A DNA stretch of 64,000 nt from contig NC_092678.1 in the NCBI RefSeq assembly GCF_964355755.1, positions 24,507,365-24,571,364 on the forward strand. The letters are read 5' to 3'. Numbering within the stretch: the stretch's first letter is position 1; each line of letters starts with the position of its first letter. The stretch comes from Antedon mediterranea. Lineage: Eukaryota; Animalia; Echinodermata. The notes beneath the pieces were generated by a model. That model had not been told where the DNA came from. It made no database searches and was given only the letters and a program-made list of their open reading frames with translations. Below, in pieces: positions 36,607-48,300 of this stretch. A program made the position numbers and the translations under genes.

Positions 36607-39600
36607 GTTAGTTTGTTGAAAAGATAACCTTTTTCTGCCATCATCACCGTCCAAGTCGGCCGCGACGGAATGGAAGTGGCGTAGCCCTAGGACAAGGTCG
36701 AGGGCCTAGGCCTAGACTAGAGAATAAATATAGATTGAATAGCTTCCTAATTTGGGTTCATAGATGATGATTTATGCAATTTCTTGAAGGTAGTTTTGTT
36801 TCATGTAATAATAAACTAAATCAGGTTGTGTGTGTCACTTTTTTTTCAGCAAAATATGCTCAGAAGAATGAGTTTGGTTACCACATACCCCCTCCCACCC
36901 CTTTGCCATTTTCAATCACTTGAGCATCTGCACGATTTGTTATAATAAAAGCCAAATTATCTACCTAACCCTGTAATAATTCACCAATGTACTAAACCTG
37001 GTTAATCTACAAGGACCTACCTAATTAAAATAGTAATAATTTTTACAAAATTTATTCTAAATATATTAATTGTTTACTCTGTTTATTTTATAGATCTTCC
37101 AAAGAGATATGCAGCAGGACGAAGAAAATCAGGTGTGTATATTTTAAATTATAGTATAGTGTATAGTATTTCCAAAATAAACTCAATTTAATGATAAAGT
37201 ACAAATAATTTATGATAAAAAAAACAGAAATCAGTATTATTTCCTATCATATCAATTAATGTCTGGCAGAGCATGAACTCTATTACTTCTGATTATTATC
37301 GTTGTATGGTATTTTGTGAGGGAATTTTTTTTCTTTTACAGTTCAGTAATAGAGTACTTTTCTTTACCTCTGTGTGTAATAAATATGTATATGTAATCAT
37401 ACTGTATGTCATTCAAAGTTGAACACTTTGTTCAAGTGTGGTTTATTTCTTTTTATTATAACCTTGGCCCACAGTCTTTAATGCATTTTTGTCATAGTTT
37501 AATACAGTGAAGTGCATATAGTATTATTAATTCTACAAAATTGAATATATACCAAAGAAAGACTAGGAAAGCATAGTGGAAGCAATTGCAGTATACCATA
37601 ATTTACTGTAGTTGGAAAATCATGGACACTATCCTGTTGTTACAGTATAAAAACTATGGAAGAGTCAATATCTAAATCTCCCAAAATAAAAATTCCTTGA
37701 AAACCAATTTTAGCCCAGCCAAATAGTATGGAGTAACTTAATGCAAAGCCAAAGGGAAAGTTAGTTTGAGCAAGCCAAATGGTGTCTAGTTTGACCTGGG
37801 TAGCCAAATGGTGTCTAGTTTGGGCAAGCCAAATGGTGTCTAGTTTGGGCAAGCCAAATAGTGTCTAGTTTGACCTGGGTAGCCAAAGTAATTTTTGCTG
37901 TTATTATTGAAGTCGGAGTCAAACCATTCCTAGTAATATAACTTACAAATCTATTGAGATTTTTTATAGACAAATGCGTGTAGGTTGACCATACCCCTAC
38001 AAACAAGTAATGATTTTTTAACTAAACTGCAAGCACAATCACACACCTACTGTATTGATGATAGAAGAACGTCCCTTGCCATAGCCTAGCAGTATACAAT
38101 ATGTCACTGTGCATTACGTAGTCTCTGTGTGTTGATACATTGGTTAATGCATTACTAAATGTTTACATAACCCTTTGTTTACTCTGTCCACTAATTAACT
38201 ATCCTTTGTTATTCAACATGATTGTTGCAACATTTTACACATATTATAATTTCTGCACTTACTTCTGCATCATACAGTACAGTACATACATTCACTGTAC
38301 AGTACATTCACTGTACAGTATATCTACTATACAGTACATTCACTGTACAGTACATTCACTGTACAGTACATTCACTGTACAGTACATTCACTGTACAGTA
38401 CATTCACTGTACAGTACATTCACTGTACAGTATGATAACACTAAACTCCACATTTGTTACACCGTTTCTTTCTCCTAAACTGCATGACCTATTTCTTGCC
38501 AGACCTTTTGATCATCTTTTATTGATTTGCCTATGATGATACATTTTTTAATAAGACCAATATACTAATTAGTGATTCAGTAACTCTTGGCCAAATTCTT
38601 GACACCATGATAAGGTCGCTGAGAGGTCATTATGAATTCATTAATTAGATCATGCCCAGCCATATTGAGTATAAACCATAGAATATGTTATAAGTAGGAT
38701 GTTAGTAGTTGGCAATATATCCAGCAGCAACTAATACAAAATGTATTCATATTTGTTTATATGTTGGAACTCCAGCCATTTAATAATTAATAAACTGTTA
38801 TTAGTGTACAATAAGTTCAAAGGTCAAGCTATTAACTGTAGTACTGAGAGTAGAAAATTCTTCCAATATTTGTAGTAAGTGATTCTTTACCAGGTCAATA
38901 TAGTCCTTTCCCCTTTCTTAATAATCAAACATCACATTACTGTCAAGTTGTGTTAATAAACAATTGAACTTGAACCATTATATTATTGAACAAAATAAAA
39001 AAAATAGGTCATTTTAAAGTACTACTGCAGTATTCTGTAACTGACTATTATTTATTGATCTAAAGAATAATTATACTATAAATGTACTGTAATGAATAAT
39101 TGGTACTGTAAATTGAGTGCAAGTCCATTAAAAGCTTTTCCTTTTCCATTAAAAAGTTAACAATAAACGTATGTATTGATTTAAGAAAAAAATAAGCAAC
39201 CACACTTTACCACCACTACAGTATCCAGAGTGTACATCATCATAAAATAAATTAAGAGTTAGACTACATTAAAAAATTTTGTTTAGCAAAATTGCTAATC
39301 AAACTGATTGTTGAGTCAAGAAACATAGTTTTGTATTGCAATTTTTGCTACACATTTTGCGAAATGTGTAGCAATATGGTTGTTTTGTATAGCTTTTTGC
39401 TATGCTGCACTGGCGAAATTATTCCCTGGGTATTATATTGTCTTATTTTGTAATTGGTATAAACTTGATATTGAATGTCATGAGTGTTTGTACAGTAATA
39501 CTACCAGGAAGTGTTGGATAATAATCTGAATGCTAAATGCAAGCATAGGGTGTGTACTGTAACAGGAAAGATACAGTCTCTATTATTCACAGAATGTATA

Positions 39601-42600
39601 ATACGTCTGTACATACAACAATCCTATTTGAAGACTCTTTCGTCTCTTCCCAGAATTGTTTTTAACGTCACAACTTGTAACACTTTTTACTTTTTCTCCC
39701 ACTCCTTCTTCCACAGTGTCATGATTTTAAGAACTATATCGCTCCTTTGTGCCCACTCTTTCCCACCTTTTCCCAGAATTTATTCCATTTCATTGTTTAA
39801 TATTATTAATAATAGATACTTTAATAATTAATAAACTGTACTGTGAAGTAACAACATCATGTCAATTTAATAAGTGCTATCATGCACATTGCAACTATAT
39901 AACCCAGGGAAAAATTTCATTTTAAAATTTTGTTTAGCAATTATTGCTAATCAAACTGATTTTTTAGTCGAGAAACATAGTTTTGTATTGTATTTTTTGC
40001 TACACAATTTTAGAAATATGTAGCAATAAGGTTTTTTTGTATAGCTTTTTGCTATGCTACACTGGCGAAATTATTCCCTGTAACCACATCATCTTATCCC
40101 ATTGAGTAGTCGGCCATCATTTATTTAATTTTTTCCCGAGTATAAGAAGAATAGCCACCCTATACAGTAGTATTCACTCATTGAGTACAACAGATAAGAA
40201 GAATAAGCCACCCTTAGTATTCACTCAGTATAATGTGCAAAGGCCTGCAGCCTTTAGTGGAAACATAGCACTGCATCACAGTACAGTCGGGCATATTTGA
40301 TGGCTAGTTCTTTAAGAACTATGCCTCGTTAATACGTAACTTAATCTTCTGTTTTCAGCAATTACTGGTTGCTGGTAAAAAGCTCCTAAATTTACAATAC
40401 TTGAAAACATATTGTCAACAATAGTCAAATATTTATCACAGTATTATTATTGCACATTGTATTTTTGTTAACCTTTTTATAAACCGCTTTGAAAACGTAA
40501 CATATTTTGGTTTATAACATATTTCTCATGCCCACTTTATTTAGTCTACTACAGTGTACTGCACAAACTGTGAACATACTGTAGTTAACAGCAGTGTGTT
40601 TTTTCTTGTGTACTTTTCATAAACTTTAACTTTCAAGTTTATTTTACTTTCTTCCTGTCTTCATCTCTGATTAGTTTCCATTGTCTAATCAATAGAGAAG
40701 TGGTTACTTTTTACTTAGTCCACTGGACACAACGGTTTTCAGGTTGGCTAGCTAGCCAGTGATTGTTTTTACTAGAATTTGCAGGCTTTACTTGAATCCA
40801 GCAAAAGTGAACCTACAGTACTGATAGTATAGTAATGTTGATATTATAAAGTGAACCTACAGTACTGTAGTATAGTAATGTTGATATTATAAAGTTACAA
40901 AGAACACTATTGCTGGAGTTATACTAATTATTTTAATCTATTGGTCTTAATTTGAATTTACTCACAATCATTTACAAAATTGACAGTTTAAATTGATTTT
41001 TTAAAACCTAATTCTATTGTAAGTTTTGTGCCACACTACAATGGTTGTCTTGTTAAAGTGCTTTGTTATCGCAAGGTCAGTAGATACTGGACATTACTCA
41101 ATTGGCTTGACATTGATGTCCACAGTACTCCATGGTCGTATTTGATAAAATTACATAATCATTTTTTTTCTTTCTTTTTTAGTTTGTGCTGAACGTTATG
41201 ACCCTGATGCAGATGATGATGATTGTGAGAAGGTAATTCATATTTTTACTTAATGTAAATCCAAAGGCAAATTACTGAAAAATGTCAATGCTGTTGGTAT
41301 ACTATCAGTGGCTGGATCTCAATGGAGATACAAAAAAATATGCACTGAAAATGTCAATGTTGTTGGTATCAATGGCTGGATCTCAATGGAGATACAAAAA
41401 AATAAGCACTGAAAAATGACAATGCTGTGGGTATCAGTGGCTGGATCTCAATGGAGATACAAAAAAATAAGCACTGAAAAATGACAATGCTGTGGGTATC
41501 AGTGGCTGGATCTCAATGGAGATACACAAAAACTAAGCAAAAAATCAAAACGATAAAGTAAAAGAGCTTTTGGGCAATACTAGCACTTCATAATCATTAG
41601 GCTAAACAGACAAGCAAGACACTTTTACCCCCTTCCTTTCACAACACCATACAAAACTCCAGTTTAATTTGAAAGGGAGCTATGGTCTTTTTACATTCAA
41701 TTTTATTCATCAGATTTTATTTCTAAAGTTTAATTGAAAAAATACATCACTTGTATTATTTTGACAATTATTTTGATTGCGCTCAGCATCCTACACAGCA
41801 AAATTTTAATATCTTGAAAGTAATCTGGCGTATTTTGTAACTAAACAAATGTCTTGGAAACGAATTAACTTAATGTTTGAATTGGACCATCGTGTTCTGG
41901 CGCATGCCCAAACTCATTCGTAAAATTGATGTTAAATCAAGAGTTTATTAAGATATTTTTCATGCATACAATTAGTTTTTGTTTGTGAACAGTACAGTAT
42001 ACTGTCATATGCATTGGTTGCTTGATATCTCATTGTATCACTTTGTGACAATTTGTCTACCGCTGCGACCGTAACGTCTGCATTATAATTGCTTATAAAA
42101 TGTCTGAATATATTTTTGATGAGAAAGGTTCAAATGATCCTTCTTGTCGCGATACTGCTACTAGTTCGTTTTAATTAAGAATGTCAGAAACTCATTTTCT
42201 CTTAAATTGTTTGATTAAAGTATATGTTACAAATTAAAATTAGCATCAAAATATGATTGATGAAATTTTAAATTAATCAACTTACTGTATAAGTATGTAA
42301 TAATATCATAAATTGATTGCCCAATCAGTTGATGGTTTTGCCGTATCCAATCATTGGAAGATCTATGATTGCAAATTGGAGGGTGTTTTTATAGAGAAGC
42401 AATCAGGGGCGTGGAGTGGGTTGTCAAGTGGTTACGACACTTAACTATTATGTCGTGAGAGACCGGGTTCAATTCCCGACAACTGTAACAACATTTTCCT
42501 CTCTTAAAAAAAAAAAATGTCAGTGAAAAGACGATGATTTATTGTTTAATTTTTTTATTTTCCCGCAGGTTGTTCACCCGAAATCAGATGATCAGAGAAA

Positions 42601-45268
42601 TCGATTACAAACGGCAGTAAAACACATTCTTATCTTCAGAGCCTTAGACGATGTAAGTATTGAAAACAAATTTATTAAAGTCATTTTGTTCTTCATGTGG
42701 ATTTTAAGCTGTAAAAACATCTTGAATGTTGAAACATCGAAACAATAATTCATGTTTTTAACCTTTTTTTTTTTAGAAAATATAAATTAAAGTCATAGAA
42801 AACTTCTTTGTAAATCGTAAATAATTAAACTATCGTAGGAAAATAAAAATGTGGAAAACTCCTTCAGCGCTGCTGAGTTTAACGCAAATAGCGTGCACAA
42901 GGCAAGGGGGAAGATTTGGGAGCAAACGTCATAATGTGTAATAGCGTGCACAAGGCAAGGGGGAAGATTTGGGAGCAAACGTCATAATGTGTAATAGCGT
43001 GCACAAGGCAAGGGGGAAGATTTGGGAGCAAACGTCATAATGTGTAATAGCGTGCACAAGGCAAGGGGGAAGATTTGGGAGCAAACGTCATAATGTGTAA
43101 TAGCGTGCACAAGGCAAGGGGGAAGATTTGGGAGCAAACGTCATAATGTGTAATAGCGTGCACAAGGCAAGGGGGAAGATTTGGGAGCAAACGTCATAAT
43201 GTGTAATAGCGTGCACAAGGCATGGGGGAAGATTTGGGAGCAAACGTCATAATGTGTAATAGCGTGCACAAGGCATGGGGGAAGATTTGGGAGCAAACGT
43301 CATAATGTGTAATAGCGTGCCCAAGGCAAGGGGGAAGATTTGGGAGCAAACGTCATAATGTGTAATAGCGTGCACAAGGCATGGGGGAAGATTTGGGAGC
43401 AAACGTCATAATGTGTAATAGCGTGCACAAGGCATGGGGGAAGATTTGGGAGCAAACGTCATAATGTGTAATAGCGTGCACAAGGCATGGGGGAAGATTT
43501 GGGAGCAAACGTCATAATGTGTAATAGCGTGCACAAGGCAAGGGGGAAGATTTGGGAGCAAACGTCATAATGTGTAATAGCGTGCACAAGGCATGGGGGA
43601 AGATTTGGGAGCAAACGTCATAATGTGTAATAGCGTGCACAAGGCATGGGGGAAGATTTGGGAGCAAACGTCATAATGTGTAATAGCGTGCACAAGGCAA
43701 GGGGGAAGATTTGGGAGCAAACGTCATAATGTGTAATAGCGTGCACAAGGCAAGGGGGAAGATTTGGGAGCAAACGTCATAATGTGTAATAGCGTGCACA
43801 AGGCATGGGGGAAGATTTGGGAGCAAACGTCATAATGTGTAATAGCGTGCACAAGGCATGGGGGAAGATTTGGGAGCAAACGTCATAATGTGTAATACCG
43901 TGCACAAGGCAAGGGGGAAGATTTGGGAGCAAACGTCATAATGTGTAATAGCGTGCACAAGGCATGGGGGAAGATTTGGGAGCAAACGTCATAATGTGTA
44001 ATAGCGTGCACAAGGCATGGGGGGGTCATTCCATCTCAGTTCACCCAAAAAAAATGGAATTTTAAACCCTACCTCTTCCAATTTTGATGAAATTTGGTAT
44101 ATGGGTGATTCATAGCAATTAAAGCCAAAATTTCAAATTTTAACTTTATCGGACCAACGGTTTTCGAGATATCGCAATTTCAATTTTCGGTTTTTACGCA
44201 AAAAAGGGAGCGGCCGCCACGTTTCAAAGAGCTGTATCTCGGGAACTATAGGTTCGATTTTAAAAACAAAGGTATTTTTGTAAAGGGGAGACCATAAGGA
44301 ACCTAAATATACTAATTGTGTGTGTTTTATGTTAATTTTAAGTTGAATAAAACTTTGACATATATTTTGACCTTGAAATTGACCCCGTGGAACACGCCCG
44401 ATTTGTTGGTGACTATCACGAAAAATGTAGCCCTACTTGTCAACTACAACATATAAAAAAATTGGAGGGGTTTTTTTGTTTGTTTCCATGAAATTACAAT
44501 TTGAAGTTGACATACCTCTTCCTTTTAGTGTATTTTTGGTGGTGTTATATACTTATACACAGTGTGAACACTAACTGTTAAGGTGTCTTATTGTTACGCT
44601 TTCTCATCAGGCCCACTTAAACAGTAGATATACTTTGATATGAGAAATACTGGGTAACTCACATACTTTTCAAATCAATTTTGACACATAGTTTAGTGTC
44701 CTTGCTATGTTATTATGCATATTAATGCATAATAAGTGATTGCAGAGAACATACATCAGTTACTGATGCCTTTTTAAAGGTTGTCATCCCCTATTTAAAA
44801 TCAAAACTACCAACCATGAAAAAAGTTCATTATTTCACAGATGGATGTGGCGGCCAATACAAAAAAAAATATAACTTTATTAACCTTTGCCACCACCAGG
44901 AAGATTTTGGTTTAGACGCCGAGGGGAATTTTTTCGCTACATCACATGGCAAGAGTGCATGTGATGGCATAGGTGGAACAGTTAAGAGGCTTGTCACTAA
45001 GAGAAGCTTACAGCGTTTGACTGAATGTCATATTCTCACATCTCTCAGTATGTTCGACTACTGTGTAATTTTTTATTTTTATTTATGTCTTTAGGCAATG
45101 TGGCCAAGGATTACCAATAGTGAATTAATCACTGTCCTATCAGATAGGTGGTAATCCCCCTGATACAGGGGCTATTGTGTGAACCAGTTCACCGGGATAA
45201 CCCCCTACTCTTTTTCGAATAATGAACTGGGTTCTTTAAAGTACACACAGGTTATAACTGTGTACACT

Positions 45269-45302
<34 letters not shown>

Positions 45303-48300
45303 TTGTTCCACCACCAGAACTAGGAGCGAGTCGGCCTCGAACCCTTGCCGATGTTGTTGTTGGCTCTTTAGGTACGGTAAACGACGCCCCTGCCTTAACC
45401 GCTCGGCCATATGACTCGCTCATATGGACATTCCAGGCATCAACTTTTTTCATGTGGGAATAGATGAGGTATCTACTGTGGAAAAAGAAATAAAGCCGAG
45501 ATTCAACCTCGCCCAGACCATCAAGGGTACATTACAATATCATCGCTTTGTTCACGTTTATCTGGCACAGATGCAGGTCTACAAACTTAGTACCCAGATA
45601 AACCCTCCGGATGTGGTAGTGATTCAAGAATCTTTCAGTGATGAAAATGAAATTGTTGCTGATACACAACCCACCATTATTAGACTTCAGAATTTGTGTG
45701 CTGTAGTTATGATGGTGTCCCATTTGGTTGTGGATGTCTCAGAAGAGTTTGGGGATTATCAAATTAAATTTATGCATCCTCATGGGCCAGCGAAAATCTT
45801 TTATTGGCCGTCCAAAGAAGACTGTTGTTGGATTCCTGAATCAAATGTACATTGTATTATAGCCTCTCCGTTTATAAAATCCTCTTCGACTAGGAATTAC
45901 AGTAATTTCCCAAAATGAACGCCACAACATTTCTAAATACTGTTTGAATTGGCCAGATGACAAGGAGTAAAGGCCAGATAGACAATTGTAACATTATAAT
46001 AATATTTAGTTTGTAAATAAAATTATTTTTGGAATACATCAAATTGACATTGAAGTAATGCATGGACAGACACCAAAATACACTAAAATAACATAGTAAG
46101 GACACTAAACTATGTGTCAAAATTGATTTGAAAAGTATGTGAGTTACCCAGTATTTCTCATATCAAAATATATCTACTGTAGTGTTTAAGTGGGCCTGAT
46201 GAGAAAGCGTAACAATAAGACACCTTAACAGTTAGTGTTCACACTGTGTATAAGTATATAACAACACCAAAAAATACACTAAAAGGAAGAGGTATGTCAA
46301 CTTCAAATTGTAATTTCATGGAAACAAAGAAAAAAACCCCTCCAATTTTTTTATATGTTGTAGTTGACACGTAGGGCTACATTTTTCGTGATAGTCACCA
46401 ACAAATCGGGCGTGTTCCACGGTGTCAATTTCAAGGTCAAAATATATTTCAAAGTTTTATTAAACTTAAAATTAACATAAAACACACACAATTAGTATAT
46501 TTAGATTCCTTATGGTCTCCCCTTTACAAAAATACCTTTGCTTTTAAAATTGAACCTATAGTTCCCGAGATACAGCTCTTTGAAACGTGGCGGACGCGCC
46601 CTTTTTTGCGTAAAAACCGAAAATTGAAATTGCGATATCTCGAAAACCGTTGGTCCGATAAAGTTAAAATTTGAAATTTTGACTTTAATTGCTATGAATC
46701 ACCCATATACCAAATTTCATCAAAATTGGAAGAGGTAGGGTTTAACTCATTGGGTGATCTGAGATGGAATGACCCGGGGCAAGATTTGGGAGCAAACGTC
46801 ATAATGTGTAATAGCGTGCACAAGGCATGGGGGAAGATTTGGGAGCAAACGTCATAATGTGTAATAGCGTGCACAAGGCAAGGGGGAAGATTTGGGAGCA
46901 AACGTCATAATGTGTAATAGCGTGCACAAGGCAAGGGGGAAGATTTGGGAGCAAACGTCATAATGTGTAATAGCGTGCACAAGGCATGGGGGAAGATTTG
47001 GGTGCAAACGTCATAATGTGTAATAGCGTGCACAAGGCATGGGGGAAGATTTGGGAGCAAACGTCATAATGTGTAATAGCGTGCACAAGGCATGGGGGAA
47101 GATTTGGGAGCAAACGTCATAATGTGTAATAGTGTGCACAAGGCATGGGGGAAGATTTGGGAGCAAACGTCATAATATGTACGTATGTGATTTGTTGTTT
47201 GTACATACAGTACCGGACAGAATTATTGCAGATTTTGAACGCATTCAACGCATTGGTAAAGTGTTGACAACGCGTTGAAACTGCGTTGTCCGTTGGCGTT
47301 GAAAGTGTTGAGTTCGTTGAACTGTTTATTCAACCAACACAATGTGTTGCGTTGAGTTTGCGTTGAAATAACGAACAATCGGATTCGTATGGTATTTACA
47401 GATTGCCAGTGTGTATTAGTAGTAGTAGTAATAGTATAAAATACAGTATTACAAATATTTAAGAAAACAAACATAATGTGTATTTTTCCGCGGAAACCTA
47501 GCTTAATATATTACACTAGGCTAGGCCTACTACTAACGAGTAGGCCCCGTGTGTATATGAGCCGCGTCTGCCATCGCAGTTAAAAGTAGTGGTCATGTCC
47601 TTAATTACTGTGTGCCTATATTAACTGGAGTATTAAATACCAAAGTTAAGGCGGCGGTGAATCTTGGAGGCTAGGTCACATCGTAATTAATTATTTCCAA
47701 ACTAAAAACTTCGTAGTACTGTACTACATTTTTCTCGATTTATAAAAACAACGTAGCCTACACCCGCCGCCATGGAAGGCAACAATACACCACCAACATA
47801 ACGATCCAGCATGGTCGTCGTCTTTTTCACGCATGCTTTTCGTGACGTGAGGGACGAACTGATCGAAAGGTGAAGAGTTCATTCATTATGAAATAACGCG
47901 TAATTAAAAGGGAAAAAATCGTTTAGTTTTATTATTATCCATAAATATATCATTATCATGTATTATATTATAAATTAATTATTGTGATGCCTAACGTAAC
48001 CCATGCAGAGAAAAGCGTTAAATATAATAACCAAGAAATAGGAATGACCAATTTGATGACAATAGGCAATGTTAGGCGTTTTCTTTAAAATCAAAACCTG
48101 TGCCATACCATATTATTCACGCCAAGGTGTAACCCACAAATATTTGAATAACCAAACAATTCAGAATAAAGAACCACTTTATTCTGATGCAAGACAATAT
48201 TACAGGCGAGGTTTAGGCGTTTTCTCTTTAACATACTATTGTTTTGTTTCTTAATATAATTATATTGGCCTCCTCCTGAAACGGTATGAATGGGATGGGA

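Larger units (their letters stand above)
44023..46775 (+). mobile_element. Sola2 DNA transposon, internally deleted, ~690-bp TIRs
   Basis: TIRs 44023-~44714 and ~46087-46775 (GGGTCATTCCATCTCAG...CTGAGATGGAATGACCC); 4-bp TSD GGGG; transposase motifs [11 protein letters not shown] and [20 protein letters not shown] typical of Sola2. Confidence 0.85.

Noticed and set aside
42887-47180. CRISPR-like array next to a nuclease-like ORF
   Set aside because: The units are contiguous with no unique spacers, there are no cas genes, the context is a eukaryotic intron, and the ORF is a Sola2 transposase remnant.
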